Below the pieces are notes generated by a model. The model was not told the DNA's origin and ran no database searches. It was given only the letters and a program-made list of their open reading frames with translations. From an uncultured Solirubrobacterales bacterium (GTDB taxonomy: Bacteria > Actinomycetota > Thermoleophilia > Solirubrobacterales > Solirubrobacteraceae): a stretch of DNA of 64,000 nucleotides. A program made the translations under genes and the position numbers. Location of the stretch: positions 5,042-69,041 of the forward strand of contig CAVXPW010000017.1 of the NCBI GenBank assembly GCA_963763785.1. The letters are read 5' to 3'. The stretch's first letter is position 1. Each line of letters starts with the position of its first letter. Positions 42,029-53,231 of this stretch are shown piece by piece.

Positions 42029-43060
42029 GTGGGCGCGGAACGCTGCGAGTTAGGCGTCGTCGGCTTGGGCAGGATGGGGGCCAACATCGTCCGTCGCCTG
42101 ATGCGCGACGGGCACCGCGTCGTCGGCTATGACGTCAACCCCGACGTCGTCACCGCGCTCGCCGCCGAGGGCGCCGGCGGCGCCACGTCGCTCGCCGACC
42201 TTGCCGAGCAGCTCACGCCCCCGCGCACCGTCTGGATCATGGTCCCGGCCGGGTCGATCACCGAGCAGACGGTCGACGCCGTCGCCGCCGGCCTCGAGCC
42301 CGGCGACGCGATCATCGACGGCGGCAACTCCTACTACCGCGACGACCTCCGCCGCGCCCAGGCGCTCCTGCCCCGGGGCATCGACTACCTCGACGTCGGC
42401 ACCAGCGGCGGGGTCTTCGGCGCCGACCGCGGCTACTGCCTGATGATCGGCGGGCCCAATGGCGCCTTCGAGCGTCTCGAGCCGATCTTCGCCACGCTCG
42501 CCCCCGGGGTCGAGGCCGCCGCCCGGACGCCCGGACGGGTCGGGGAGCCCACCCCGGCCGAGAAGGGCTACCTCCACTGCGGGCCGACCGGCGCCGGCCA
42601 CTTCGTGAAGATGGTCCACAACGGGATCGAGTACGGGACGATGGCCGCCTACGCCGAAGGCCTGAACATCCTCCGCAACGCCAACGTCGGCAAGACCGAG
42701 CGCCAGGCCGACGCCGAGACGGCGCCGCTGGACCACCCGGAGTACTACCAGTACGACATCGACGTCCCCGAGGTCGCCGAGCTCTGGCGGCGGGGCAGCG
42801 TGATCGGCTCCTGGCTGCTCGACCTGACCGCCGCCGCCCTGCGCGAGTCGCCCGAGCTCGAGGAGTTCAGCGGCCTCGTCTCCGACTCCGGCGAGGGCCG
42901 CTGGACATCGATCGCGGCGATCGAGGAGGGCGTGCCGGCCGGCGTCCTCACCACCGCCCTCTACGAGCGCTTCAGCTCGCGCGGGCTCGACGACTACGCC
43001 GACAAGGTGCTCTCGGCCATGCGCAAGCAGTTCGGCGGGCACGACGAAAAGCCGAAGTGA
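42029..43060 (+). CDS. gnd: 6-phosphogluconate dehydrogenase, decarboxylating (short ~340-aa form)
   Basis: [16 protein letters not shown] Rossmann motif, [36 protein letters not shown]. Confidence 0.9.
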   Translation: MGAERCELGVVGLGRMGANIVRRLMRDGHRVVGYDVNPDVVTALAAEGAGGATSLADLAEQLTPPRTVWIMVPAGSITEQTVDAVAAGLEPGDAIIDGGNSYYRDDLRRAQALLPRGIDYLDVGTSGGVFGADRGYCLMIGGPNGAFERLEPIFATLAPGVEAAARTPGRVGEPTPAEKGYLHCGPTGAGHFVKMVHNGIEYGTMAAYAEGLNILRNANVGKTERQADAETAPLDHPEYYQYDIDVPEVAELWRRGSVIGSWLLDLTAAALRESPELEEFSGLVSDSGEGRWTSIAAIEEGVPAGVLTTALYERFSSRGLDDYADKVLSAMRKQFGGHDEKPK

Positions 43061-43749
43061 CCGCCGGCCCGCGGCTCGAGGTCCTGGCCGACGCCGAGGC
43101 CGCCGCCCGGCGCGGGGCCCGAGTCATCGCCGCCGCCGCGCGCGACGGCGTGGACCGGCGGGGAAGCTTCACCCTGGCGCTCAGCGGCGGTCGCGCCCCT
43201 TGGCGGATGTTCGCGCTCCTGGCGGACGAGGAGGTTCCCTGGGAGGCCGTCGACGTCTACCAGGTCGACGAGCGCGTCCTGGCCGACGGCGACGACGGGC
43301 GCAACCAGACCCACCTGATCCGCAGCCTCCCCGCGCCGGCGCGTCCCCGCCTGCACCCGATGCCGGTGACCGCCGAGGACCTCGACGCCGCCGCCGCCCG
43401 CTACGCCGCCGGGCTCCCGCCGGAGCTCGATCTCGTCCACCTCGGCCTCGGGCCCGACGGCCACACCGCCTCCCTCGTACCCGGCGACCCCGTGCTCGAG
43501 GTGGCCGATCGGCGCGTCGCCCTGACCGGCGGCGAGTACCAGGGGACGCGGCGGATGACCCTCACCTACCCCGAGCTCGCCCGCGCCCGCCGGCTCCTCT
43601 GGCTGGTCACCGGCGCCGAGAAGGCCGCGCCGCTGCGGGCGCTCCTCGCTGGCGATCCCGCAATCCCGGCCGGGCGGGTCGAGGTCGCCGACGCCCTGAT
43701 CCTCGCCGACCCCCCGGCCGGCGGCGGTGACCGAAAAAGAACGACTTGA
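43057..43749 (+). CDS. pgl: 6-phosphogluconolactonase
   Basis: GTGA overlap with gnd. [33 protein letters not shown]. Confidence 0.85.
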   Translation: MTAGPRLEVLADAEAAARRGARVIAAAARDGVDRRGSFTLALSGGRAPWRMFALLADEEVPWEAVDVYQVDERVLADGDDGRNQTHLIRSLPAPARPRLHPMPVTAEDLDAAAARYAAGLPPELDLVHLGLGPDGHTASLVPGDPVLEVADRRVALTGGEYQGTRRMTLTYPELARARRLLWLVTGAEKAAPLRALLAGDPAIPAGRVEVADALILADPPAGGGDRKRTT

Positions 43750-43957
43750 CCGGTCCGGCATGACCTACCATGACGCATATGCCGGCGGTTGTTGAGCGGA
43801 CGCAGACGGACCAGGGTCCTCCGCGGCAGACCGCCCCCTCGCTCGGACGCCGGCCCCGCTCCCCGGCCGACGCGGCCCCGCCCGACGATCCACCGACCAC
43901 GTTCGGCCCCGCGCGCCCCAGGGCGCGCGCCGCCGAACCCGCGAAAGAGGTGCTGGC

Positions 43958-45034
43958 GTGAAGCCAACCCAACAACTGCATGAGCACGGCCAGAGCCTCT
44001 GGCTCGACAACATCACCCGGACGATGCTCGACGACGGGACGCTCGAGCGCTATGTCGACGAGCTCTCGATCACCGGGCTGACCTCGAACCCGACGATCTT
44101 CGAGCACGCGATCTCCGAGGGGCACGCCTACGACGACCAGCTCGCCGAGCTCAAGGCGGCCGGAGCCACCGCCGAGGACGCCTTCTTCGAGCTGGCCATC
44201 GACGATCTGCGACGCGCAGCCGAGCTGTTCGAGCCGATCCACGAGCGGACCGACCGCCTCGACGGGTGGGTCTCGCTCGAGGTCTCTCCGCTCCTGGCCG
44301 ACGACGCCGAGGCGACGATCCGCCAGGCCGCCGAGCTCCACGCCCGGGCCGACACGAGGAACATCCTGATCAAGATCCCCGGCACCGAGGCCGGCCTGGT
44401 CGCGATCGAGGAGACGATCTTCGCCGGCATCCCGGTGAACGTCACCCTGCTGTTCTCCCGCGAGCACTACCTCGCCGCCAGCGAGGCCTACATGCGCGGC
44501 GTCGAGCGCCGCATCCAGGCCGGGCTGAACCCGGCGGTCAGGTCGGTGGCCTCGGTGTTCATCAGCCGCTGGGACAAGGCGGTCATGGACCGCACGCCGT
44601 CGGAGCTCCACGGCAAGCTCGCGATCGCCATCGCCAAGCGCACCTACCGGGCCTACCGCGAGATGCTCGACTCCGAGCGCTGGCAGCGCCTGTGGAACGA
44701 CGGGGCCCGCCCCCAGCGTTTGCTCTGGGCGAGCACGGGGACCAAGGATCCCGACGCGTCCGACGTCCTCTACATCGAAGGCCTGGTCGCGCCGTTCACG
44801 ATCAACACGATGCCCGAGCCGACGCTCCTGGCCTTCGCCGAGCACGGCACGGTCGGCGACCCGCTCCCGGCCGACGGCGGCGACTGCGCGGAGGTCCTCG
44901 CGCGCTTCGCCGAGCTCGGGATCGACGTCGACGAGCTCGCGAGGCAGCTCCAGCAGGACGGGGCCAAGTCGTTCGTCGACTCGTGGACGCAGCTGATGGA
45001 CACGGTCGCCCGCGAGGCCCAGGCCGCCGCGTGA
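43958..45034 (+). CDS. tal: Transaldolase
   Basis: [30 protein letters not shown], the last containing the catalytic Lys. Confidence 0.95.
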   Translation: MKPTQQLHEHGQSLWLDNITRTMLDDGTLERYVDELSITGLTSNPTIFEHAISEGHAYDDQLAELKAAGATAEDAFFELAIDDLRRAAELFEPIHERTDRLDGWVSLEVSPLLADDAEATIRQAAELHARADTRNILIKIPGTEAGLVAIEETIFAGIPVNVTLLFSREHYLAASEAYMRGVERRIQAGLNPAVRSVASVFISRWDKAVMDRTPSELHGKLAIAIAKRTYRAYREMLDSERWQRLWNDGARPQRLLWASTGTKDPDASDVLYIEGLVAPFTINTMPEPTLLAFAEHGTVGDPLPADGGDCAEVLARFAELGIDVDELARQLQQDGAKSFVDSWTQLMDTVAREAQAAA

Positions 45035-46692
45035 GCGCAGACGTCGCGCCGCTGCGCCGGCGCCCGGCCTGGCGGGCGCTCGAGGCCCACCAGGCCGAGC
45101 TGCGCGACGTCCACCTCCGCGAGCTGTTCGCCGCCGACCCGGCCCGCGGCGAGCGGCTCAGCGCCTCGGGCGCCGGGCTCTTCCTCGACTACTCCAAGAA
45201 CCGGGTGACCGACGAGACGCTCCGCCTACTCGTCGAGCTCGCCGGCCAGTCGGGCCTCGCCGCGCGCCGCGAGGCGATGTTCGCCGGCGCGGCGATCAAC
45301 GTGACCGAGGAGCGCTCGGTGCTCCACACCGCCCTGCGGCTGCCGCGCGAGGCCACCCTCGTCGTCGACGGGGTAGACGTCGTCGCGCAGGTCCACGAGG
45401 TCCTCGACCGGATGGGCAGCTTCGCCGGGCGGGTGCGCTCGGGAGACTGGCGTGGACACACCGGCGAGACGATCCGCAACGTCGTCAACATCGGCATCGG
45501 CGGCTCCGACCTCGGCCCGGTTATGGCCTACGAGGCGCTCCGCCACTACGCCGACCGCGACCTCACTCTGCGCTTCGTCTCGAACGTCGACGGCACCGAC
45601 TTCGCCGAGGCGACCGGCGACCTCGACCCGGCGCGGACGCTGTTCATCGTCGCCTCGAAGACGTTCACCACGCTCGAGACGATGACCAACGCCGGCACCG
45701 CCCGCGCCTGGCTGCTGGCCGGCCTCGGCGGCGACGAAAGCGCGATCGCCAAGCACTTCGTCGCCGTCTCGACCAACGCCCGAGCGGTCGCCGAGTTCGG
45801 CATCGACACCGAGAACATGTTCGGCTTCTGGGACTGGGTCGGCGGCCGCTATTCGATGGAGTCGGCGATCGGCCTCTCGACGATGATCGCGATCGGCCCC
45901 GACCACTTCCGCGGGATGCTCGCCGGCTCGCACGCGATGGACGAGCACTTCCGGACCGCGCCGTTCGAGCGCAACCTCCCGGTCCTGATGGGGCTGCTGG
46001 CCGTCTGGTACGGCGACTTCTTCGACGCCCAGACGGTCGCCGTACTCCCCTACGACCAGTACCTCCACCGCTTCCCCGCCTACCTCCAGCAGCTGACGAT
46101 GGAGTCCAACGGCAAGCAGGTCACCCTCGACGGCACGCGCGTCGACTACCAGACCGGCGCCGTGTTCTGGGGTGAGCCGGGAACCAACGGCCAGCATTCG
46201 TTCTACCAACTGATCCACCAGGGGACGAAGGTCATCCCCTGCGACTTCATCGGCTTCCTCCACTCGCTCAACCCGCTCGGCGAGCACCACGACATCCTCT
46301 GCTCGAACGTCTTCGCCCAGCCCGAGGCGCTCGCCTTCGGCAAGACGGCCGAGGAGGTCCGGGTGGCGTCGAGCACCCCGGAGGCGGTCGTCCCCCACAA
46401 GGTGTTCGAGGGGAACCGCCCGTCGAACACGATCCTCGCCGACCGGCTGACCCCGGCGATCCTCGGCGCCCTGGTCGCCCTCTACGAGCACAGCGTGTTC
46501 ACCCAGGGGGTGATCTGGGAGATCAACTCCTTCGACCAGTGGGGGGTCGAGCTCGGCAAGGTCCTGGCCCGGAAGATCATCCTCGAGCTGCAGGCCGCGC
46601 AGGAGCCGCCGCTGGGCCACGACAGCTCGACCAACGCGCTGATCCGCCGCTACCGGGCGGCGCGCGAGCGCGCGCCGTCGCCGCCTCGATGA
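45031..46692 (+). CDS. pgi: Glucose-6-phosphate isomerase
   Basis: In-frame GTG 45031 (GTGA overlap with tal). [62 protein letters not shown]. Confidence 0.95.
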   Translation: MSADVAPLRRRPAWRALEAHQAELRDVHLRELFAADPARGERLSASGAGLFLDYSKNRVTDETLRLLVELAGQSGLAARREAMFAGAAINVTEERSVLHTALRLPREATLVVDGVDVVAQVHEVLDRMGSFAGRVRSGDWRGHTGETIRNVVNIGIGGSDLGPVMAYEALRHYADRDLTLRFVSNVDGTDFAEATGDLDPARTLFIVASKTFTTLETMTNAGTARAWLLAGLGGDESAIAKHFVAVSTNARAVAEFGIDTENMFGFWDWVGGRYSMESAIGLSTMIAIGPDHFRGMLAGSHAMDEHFRTAPFERNLPVLMGLLAVWYGDFFDAQTVAVLPYDQYLHRFPAYLQQLTMESNGKQVTLDGTRVDYQTGAVFWGEPGTNGQHSFYQLIHQGTKVIPCDFIGFLHSLNPLGEHHDILCSNVFAQPEALAFGKTAEEVRVASSTPEAVVPHKVFEGNRPSNTILADRLTPAILGALVALYEHSVFTQGVIWEINSFDQWGVELGKVLARKIILELQAAQEPPLGHDSSTNALIRRYRAARERAPSPPR

Positions 46693-47390
46693 CCGCGGCC
46701 GAGCCGACCGGGGCCGACGGGGCCCGGGTCGAGGTGGTCCTCTTCGACATCGACGGGACCCTGATCACCACCGGCGGGGCCAGCGCCGTCGCCTGGCGGC
46801 GGGCGTTCGAGGAGCTCTACGGCCTCGACGCCGACATCAACGCCCATACCCACGCCGGGATGACCGACCCCGAGGTCGGGCGGGTCACCTTCGAGAGCGT
46901 CGTCGGCCGCCCGCCGTCGGCTCCGGAGCTCGCCCGGGTGATGGCCAAGCGGCTGTTCTACCTGACCGACGCGGTCGCCCAGTCCGACGGCTACCGGGTG
47001 ATGGCGGGCGCCGAGCGGCTCCTGACCGACTTGATCGAGCGCGGCCTCCTGCTCGGCCTGACCACCGGCAACGTCGAGGCCGCCGCCCACATCAAGCTCT
47101 CGCGGGCGCGCCTGAACCGGTTCTTCTCCTTCGGCGGCTACGGCTCGGACTCCACCGACCGCGTCGAGCTCACCCGGAAGGCGCTCGAGCGGGCCGCGGT
47201 CGTCTCTGGCGGCAAGGTGTCCCCGGCCGCGTGCCTGGTGGTCGGCGACACGCCGCTCGACGTGGCCGCCGGGCACGGGGCGGGGATCGCCGTGGTCGGC
47301 GTGGCCACCGGGAGCTACTCGGTCGCCGAGCTCGCGGCGGCCGGCGCCGACCACGCGATCGCCTCGCTCGAGGACGGGCTGCCCCTGTGA
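46689..47390 (+). CDS. HAD-superfamily hydrolase (phosphatase)
   Basis: ATGA overlap with pgi. [10 protein letters not shown] (motif I DxD), [17 protein letters not shown]. Confidence 0.85.
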   Translation: MTAAEPTGADGARVEVVLFDIDGTLITTGGASAVAWRRAFEELYGLDADINAHTHAGMTDPEVGRVTFESVVGRPPSAPELARVMAKRLFYLTDAVAQSDGYRVMAGAERLLTDLIERGLLLGLTTGNVEAAAHIKLSRARLNRFFSFGGYGSDSTDRVELTRKALERAAVVSGGKVSPAACLVVGDTPLDVAAGHGAGIAVVGVATGSYSVAELAAAGADHAIASLEDGLPL

Positions 47391-48778
47391 AGGCGGCGCC
47401 GGAGGCCGACGTCCTGGTGATCTTCGGGATCACCGGCGACCTCGCCCGCAAGATGACGTTTCGTTCGCTATACCGCCTCGAGGCCCGCAAGCTCCTGGAC
47501 GTCCCGATCGTCGGCGTCGCCGTCGACGACTGGTCGGTCGACCAGCTGCGCCGGCGGGCGCGCGAGTCGATCACCGGCGCCGGCGAGACGCTCGACGAGG
47601 CGGTCTTCGACCGGCTCGCCCGGCGGCTCTCCTACGTCGCGGGCGACTTCGCCGACGCCGAGACGTTCAAGCGGGTGGCCGCGGCGATGGCCGGGGCGCG
47701 GACCCCGGTCTTCTACCTCGAGGTTCCGCCGTCGCTCTTTGCCACCGTGATCAAGGGGCTCTCGGAGGCCGGGCTGGCCAAGGCGGCGCGGATCCTGGTC
47801 GAGAAGCCGTTCGGCCACGACCTGGCCTCGGCCCGGGCCCTGGCCCGGGAGCTCCACCGCTACATAGACGAGTCGCAGCTCTACCGGATCGATCACTTCG
47901 TCGGGAAGATGGGCCTCGAGGAGTTCCTCTACCTGCGCTTCGCCAACACGATCCTCGAGCCGGTCTGGAACCGCAACTACCTCGCCTCGGTGCAGATCAC
48001 CATGGCCGAGGCGTTCGGAGTCGAGGACCGCGGGCACTTCTACGACCCGGTGGGGGCGCTGCGCGACGTCGTGGTCAACCACCTGATGCAGCTGATCGCC
48101 GCCGCCGCGCTCGAGGCGCCGGCCGGCTCGGACGCCGAGACGATCAAGGACGCCAAGCACGCCGTCTTCCGCTCGATGCCCGACGCCGACCCGGCGCGCT
48201 ACGTGCGCGGGCAGTACGCGGGCTACCGCGAGATCCCCGGCGTCGCCCCCGGCTCCGATACGGAGACCTTCGCCGCGCTGCGCCTGGAGATCGACAACTG
48301 GCGCTGGGCCGGCGTCCCCTTCTTCATCCGCGCCGGCAAGAAGCTCCCGGTGAGCGAGACCGAGCTGCGCCTCGTCTTCAAGCACCCGCCGCGGCTCGGC
48401 TTCATGCCCGGCGGCCACCGCCGCCCCGAGCCCGACCAGCTGGTGGTCAGGATCAGCCCGAAGACCGGGATCCAGCTCATCCTCGACGCCCACCGCGCCG
48501 ACGCGATCGCTCCGGCGCCGATCGAGCTCGAGATGGAGTTCGCCGCCGAGGGCGGCGAGGATCCGACCCCCTACGAGACGCTCCTCCACGCCGCGATGGT
48601 CGGCGACGCCGCGCGTTTCACGCGCCAGGACAGCGTCGAGGAGACCTGGCGCATCGTCGGGCCGCTGCTCGAGCGCCAGCGGCCGGTCGAGCCCTACGCT
48701 CCCGGCACCTGGGGCCCGCCGTCGGCCGCCGAGCTGATCCGCGGCCACGGACGCTGGCATGGGCCCTGGGCGGACTAA
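47387..48778 (+). CDS. zwf: Glucose-6-phosphate 1-dehydrogenase
   Basis: GTGA overlap with the HAD gene. VIFGITGDLARKMTF, VEKPFGHDL, YRIDHFVGK. Confidence 0.95.
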   Translation: MKAAPEADVLVIFGITGDLARKMTFRSLYRLEARKLLDVPIVGVAVDDWSVDQLRRRARESITGAGETLDEAVFDRLARRLSYVAGDFADAETFKRVAAAMAGARTPVFYLEVPPSLFATVIKGLSEAGLAKAARILVEKPFGHDLASARALARELHRYIDESQLYRIDHFVGKMGLEEFLYLRFANTILEPVWNRNYLASVQITMAEAFGVEDRGHFYDPVGALRDVVVNHLMQLIAAAALEAPAGSDAETIKDAKHAVFRSMPDADPARYVRGQYAGYREIPGVAPGSDTETFAALRLEIDNWRWAGVPFFIRAGKKLPVSETELRLVFKHPPRLGFMPGGHRRPEPDQLVVRISPKTGIQLILDAHRADAIAPAPIELEMEFAAEGGEDPTPYETLLHAAMVGDAARFTRQDSVEETWRIVGPLLERQRPVEPYAPGTWGPPSAAELIRGHGRWHGPWAD

Positions 48779-48931
48779 GCTAAGTCAAACTAAGCTCAGC
48801 TAGGCCTGCGTACAATTCCGGCACGCGGGCGCCGTCGTGCTGCCGAGCTCACGCCGGCCTGATAGCGAACACGAACCCGGCCCACCCCGCGGGCTTGGCC
48901 CCGCCGGTTTGGGGGTAGGTCGCGGGCGCGG

Positions 48932-49606
48932 ATGCTCCTCGGCCTGGTGGATACCCGGAAGGTGTTCGACGACCTCGCGTCGATCTACCTGCCGATCGCG
49001 GGCGTCGTGTTCGCCGTCGTCGCCCTCATCTGCCTGTTCTCGGTTGTCCGCTTCCGGGCCCGCGGCGACCGGCCGCCGAGGGAGAGCCGGGAACCGCCGT
49101 GGCTGCCCTTCGTCTACGCCGGCGCCCTGGCTGGCATCGTCGCCTTCCTGGTGACGCTGACCTTCGACGCGCAGGACAAGATCTCGGCGCGGACCCTCGC
49201 GCCGGGCCTCCGGGTGAACGTCACGGCGGCGAAGTGGAACTGGCGCTTCGACTATCCGGCGTTCGGCATCAGCCAGGTCGCCGGCGCCAGCCGGCCGAGC
49301 CGGCTCGTCGTCCCGAGCGCGACCGAGATCCGCTTCCGGATGACCTCGCTCGACGTGATCCACTCGTTCTGGATCCCCGACGCGCGCTTCAAGCGCGACG
49401 CGTTCCCCTACCGGGCCACCGAGTTCGACCTGTCCTTCTCGCACCCCGGTGTCCAGACCACCGGCGTGTGCGCCGAGTTCTGCGGGCTCAAGCACGACCA
49501 GATGGTCTTCGACGTCGAGGTCATGGACCCGGCGGGGTTCAAGCACTGGGTCGCCCAGCAGCGCGTCGCCGCCCCGACCTCCCCGGCGACGGCGGCCGCC
49601 CGATGA
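48932..49606 (+). CDS. ctaC: Cytochrome c oxidase subunit II
   Basis: Two N-terminal TMs. CuA site HSFWIP...CAEFCGLKHDQM. Confidence 0.9.
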   Translation: MLLGLVDTRKVFDDLASIYLPIAGVVFAVVALICLFSVVRFRARGDRPPRESREPPWLPFVYAGALAGIVAFLVTLTFDAQDKISARTLAPGLRVNVTAAKWNWRFDYPAFGISQVAGASRPSRLVVPSATEIRFRMTSLDVIHSFWIPDARFKRDAFPYRATEFDLSFSHPGVQTTGVCAEFCGLKHDQMVFDVEVMDPAGFKHWVAQQRVAAPTSPATAAAR

Positions 49607-51219
49607 GCACGGTCGCCGCCAGGCCGGAGAGCCGGCTGCTGACCGCGGTGGCCGGCACCGACCACAAGCGGGTGGCCTCGCGGATCGTCGTCACCGCGTT
49701 CTTCTTCTTCATCGCCGGTGGGCTGCTCGCCCTGCTGATTCGGGCCGAGCTCTACTCGCCGGGCAGCCAACTCGTCGGCCAGCAGAGCTACAACGAGATC
49801 TTCACCATGCACGGGTCGACCATGATCTACCTGTTCATGGTCCCCCTGGCGCTGGCCATGGGGCTCTACCTGGTGCCGCTCCAGATCGGGGCCGCCGAGA
49901 TCGCCCTGCCGCGGCTGGCGCTGCTGGCCTGGTGGCTCGGGGTCGGCGCCGGCATCACGATGTACCTCGGCTGGTTCACCAAGAGCGGCCCGGGGAGCGC
50001 CGGGTGGACCGCGTTCGACCCGCTGTCGAACGCGCAGAACACCCCGGGCGACGGCATGTACCTGTGGATCTTCGGGGTCATCCTGGCCACCGTTTCGGGG
50101 CTGCTCCTGGCCATCTGCATCCTCGCCACGATCGTCGGACGCCGGGCGCCGGGGATGACGATGCTGCGCATGCCGGTCTTCACGTGGTCGATGCTCGCGA
50201 CCTGCATCCTCGTGATCATCGGCTTCCCGGCGCTGCTGGTGGCCATGGCGCTGCTGTTCGTCGAGCGCCAGTGGGGCGGGGTGTTCGACACCTCGGGGGG
50301 GCCGATCTCCTACCAGCACCTGTTCTGGTTCTACGGCCATCCGGTGGTCTACGTGATGTTCTTCCCCTTCGTCGGCGCCGTGGGGGAGGTGCTCGCCACC
50401 TTCGCGCGTCGGCGCTTCTTCGGCTATCCGGCCCACGTGGTCGCGCTCTTGCTGTTCACGGCGCTGTCCTCCAGCGTCTGGGCGCATCACATGTTCACCA
50501 CCGGTCAGGTGACGGTGAAGTACTTCTCGTTGACCACGACCTCACTGGCCGTGCCCGCGGGCATGGAGTATCTCGCCCTGGTGGGCACGATGTGGGGCGG
50601 GCGGATCCGGATGGCGGTGCCGATGGCCTTCGCGGTCGCCTTCGTCATTCAGTTCCTGATCGGCGGCCTGACCGGCATCTTCCTCGGCTCGCCGCCACTC
50701 AACTACCAGGTGCACAACTCCTACTTCGTCGTGGGCCATTTCCACTACACGCTGTTCGCCGGCAGCCTGTTCGCCTTCTACGCCGGCTTCTACTACTGGT
50801 GGCCCAAGGTCACCGGCTGCCATCTGCGGGCCCGACTCGGCTGGGTCCACTTCGGCCTGCTGGCGATCGGCGCCAACGTCACGTTCTTCCCGATGCTGCT
50901 GCTGGGCTACGACGGCATGCCGCGGCGGGTGGCCGACTACCAGGCGCGGTTCACCGATCTGAACCGGGTGGCCACCGTCGGCGCCTTCGTGATCGCGGTG
51001 GCGACGCTGGTCTGGATCGCCAACGTCGTCGTCTCGCTGCGCCGCCGCGAGCCGGCCGCGGATGACCCATGGGAGGGCCAGACGCTCGAGTGGGCGACGT
51101 CGTCGCCGCCGCCGCGCCACAACTTCGACCGGGCACTCCCGCCGATCCGAAGCTACGCGCCCGTGCTCGACGCACGGCAAGCCGCGGCCGCTGCGGCCGA
51201 GGAGGCGCAGCCGGGATGA
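49603..51219 (+). CDS. ctaD: Cytochrome c oxidase subunit I
   Basis: ATGA overlap with ctaC. WFYGHPVVYV, WAHHMFTTG, GHFHYTLF. Confidence 0.95.
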   Translation: MSTVAARPESRLLTAVAGTDHKRVASRIVVTAFFFFIAGGLLALLIRAELYSPGSQLVGQQSYNEIFTMHGSTMIYLFMVPLALAMGLYLVPLQIGAAEIALPRLALLAWWLGVGAGITMYLGWFTKSGPGSAGWTAFDPLSNAQNTPGDGMYLWIFGVILATVSGLLLAICILATIVGRRAPGMTMLRMPVFTWSMLATCILVIIGFPALLVAMALLFVERQWGGVFDTSGGPISYQHLFWFYGHPVVYVMFFPFVGAVGEVLATFARRRFFGYPAHVVALLLFTALSSSVWAHHMFTTGQVTVKYFSLTTTSLAVPAGMEYLALVGTMWGGRIRMAVPMAFAVAFVIQFLIGGLTGIFLGSPPLNYQVHNSYFVVGHFHYTLFAGSLFAFYAGFYYWWPKVTGCHLRARLGWVHFGLLAIGANVTFFPMLLLGYDGMPRRVADYQARFTDLNRVATVGAFVIAVATLVWIANVVVSLRRREPAADDPWEGQTLEWATSSPPPRHNFDRALPPIRSYAPVLDARQAAAAAAEEAQPG

Positions 51220-51620
51220 GCAGGAGCGGCATCCCCCTGCTCGGTTACGCGCTGATCATGGCGCTCGACACGGCGGTGCTCTGGGCGTGGGGGCCCGGCT
51301 GGCTGCCGGTGGTGCTGATCGGCGGGGCCACCGCCCTCACGGGCCTGATCGGCGCCGCCCTGCTTGCGGCCCGGCGCCCGGCGTCGCCCCCGGCGGTGGA
51401 GCCGATCCCCGACTACAGCTTCTCGATGGTGGCGGTCGCCTTCGCGCTGTGCACGATGCTCGTCGGCGCCTACCTCGGCCTGTACCTGATCCTCGTCGGC
51501 GCGGGGGTGCTCGTCCTCGGCCTCGGCGGGCTCGTGCGCGAGGCGCGCGCCGAGCGCCGGGCCCTGCGGCGGGCGGCGGCGGCGGCGGCGGGGGTGGAGG
51601 CGGAGGCCGGTGCGCGCTAG
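51216..51620 (+). CDS. Four-TM membrane protein, possible oxidase subunit IV analogue
   Basis: ATGA overlap with ctaD. 134 aa with four hydrophobic segments. Assignment rests on position and topology only. Confidence 0.5.
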   Translation: MSRSGIPLLGYALIMALDTAVLWAWGPGWLPVVLIGGATALTGLIGAALLAARRPASPPAVEPIPDYSFSMVAVAFALCTMLVGAYLGLYLILVGAGVLVLGLGGLVREARAERRALRRAAAAAAGVEAEAGAR

Positions 51621-52458
51621 CCAGATCTTCAGCGACTGGAGCGTCAACCCGGCGGCGCTCGCCGGGCTCCTGGTGGCGGCCGGCGCCTACGGGGCCGGGG
51701 TGCGCCGGGCGGCGCCCCGGTGGCCGCGCCGGCGGAGCGCCGCCTTCGGGGCGGGGATCGGCGTACTCGTGGTCGCCTCCCAGAGCGGGATCGACGGCTG
51801 GTCGGAGCGACTGCTCTCCGTCCACATGGTCGCCCACCTGCTGATCATCGCCGTGGGCGCGCCCCTCCTGGTGGCGGGGGCGCCGGTCTCGCTCGCGCTG
51901 AGGACGCTCCCGCGCGGCGGCCGCGAGGGTCTCCTGCGGCTGCTGCGCACGCGCGCGGTGGGCGTGCTCGTCCACCCGGCGACGGCACTGTCGCTCTTTA
52001 CCGGCGTCGTGCTGGCCACCCACCTGCCGGCCGTCTACGACGCGGCGCTCGGCGACCCGGCGCTCCACGGGGCCGAGCACGCGCTCTACCTGTGGTCGGC
52101 GCTCGTCTTCTGGGCGCCGGTGGTCGGCGTCGACCCGCTGCCCCACCGGCTCGCGCCGGTCGGGGTGATCGGCTACCTGCTGGCGGCGATGATCCCGATG
52201 AGCGTGGTCGGGGCGGCGCTCAGCTCGAGCGACACGGTGGCCTACGCCCCCTACCTGACCGCGGCCGGCCGCGAGGGCATATCGGCGCTGGCCGACCAGC
52301 GGTCGGCGGGGACGATCATGTGGCTCGGGGGCACGCTGGTCCTCGTCGGGGCGACGCTGGCCGCGGCGTGGGCGGGGATGGTCCGCGAGGAACGCCGGGC
52401 GCGGGCGCGCGAGGAGCAGGCCGACCGGCGCGGGCAAGCGCTCGGAGTGGCGCCGTGA
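51610..52458 (+). CDS. ctaG: Cytochrome c oxidase assembly protein (Bacillus CtaG / Caa3_CtaG type)
   Basis: Polytopic; SVHMVAHLLIIAVGAPLLVAGAP, GAEHALYLWSALVFWAPVVG. Confidence 0.75.
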   Translation: MRASQIFSDWSVNPAALAGLLVAAGAYGAGVRRAAPRWPRRRSAAFGAGIGVLVVASQSGIDGWSERLLSVHMVAHLLIIAVGAPLLVAGAPVSLALRTLPRGGREGLLRLLRTRAVGVLVHPATALSLFTGVVLATHLPAVYDAALGDPALHGAEHALYLWSALVFWAPVVGVDPLPHRLAPVGVIGYLLAAMIPMSVVGAALSSSDTVAYAPYLTAAGREGISALADQRSAGTIMWLGGTLVLVGATLAAAWAGMVREERRARAREEQADRRGQALGVAP

Positions 52459-53231
52459 GGCACCGCGGGCTCTGCGCCGGGCTGGCCGTCGTCTGCGCGG
52501 GCGGCGCCCTCTACACCGGGCAGGCGGGCGCCCAGAAGGCGACGCCGAACCCGACCGCCGCGGCCCCGCCGGCGCCGAGCGCCCAGACGGCGACGGGGCG
52601 GGCGCTGTTCCTCGACGGCTGCTCGTCCTGCCACGGCAGCGACGCGCGGGGCGTCCAGCCCCTCGGCCCGTCGCTCTACGGCGTGGGGGCGGCGGCGGCC
52701 GACTTCTACCTCTCGACCGGGCGGATGCCGCTGGCCAACCCCCGCGACCAGCCGACGCGCGCGCGCCCGGCGTACACGCGGCCGGAGATCGCCGCCCTGG
52801 TCGCCTACGTCTCCTCACTGGGGCCGGGCCCGCCAATTCCGGCTGTCGACCCGGCCGCGGGCCACGTGAACGCGGGGATGGAGGCGTTCACCGAGCACTG
52901 CGCAGGCTGCCACCAGGTGGGCGGGGCGGGCGGCATCGTCACCGGGTCGATCGCCCCGGCGCTCAACAACAAGGACGTCACGCCGACCGAGATCGGCGAG
53001 GCGGTCCGGGTCGGGCCCTACGTGATGCCGGTCTTCAGCCGGGCGCAGATCTCAGACCAGCAGCTCAACGACATCGCGCGCTACGTGATCTCGACGCAGC
53101 GCCCGTCAGACAGCGGCGGTTGGGGGATCGGCCACGTCGGCCCGATCCCCGAAGGCATGATCGCCTGGCTCCTGGCCGCTGCGGGACTGGTGCTGGTCGC
53201 CCGCCTGATCGGGGAGCGGGGCGAGGCATGA
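52455..53231 (+). CDS. qcrC: Di-haem cytochrome c subunit of the bc1 (bcc) complex
   Basis: In-frame GTG 52455 (GTGA overlap). Two haem c motifs, CSSCH and CAGCH. C-terminal TM anchor. Confidence 0.85.
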   Translation: MRHRGLCAGLAVVCAGGALYTGQAGAQKATPNPTAAAPPAPSAQTATGRALFLDGCSSCHGSDARGVQPLGPSLYGVGAAAADFYLSTGRMPLANPRDQPTRARPAYTRPEIAALVAYVSSLGPGPPIPAVDPAAGHVNAGMEAFTEHCAGCHQVGGAGGIVTGSIAPALNNKDVTPTEIGEAVRVGPYVMPVFSRAQISDQQLNDIARYVISTQRPSDSGGWGIGHVGPIPEGMIAWLLAAAGLVLVARLIGERGEA

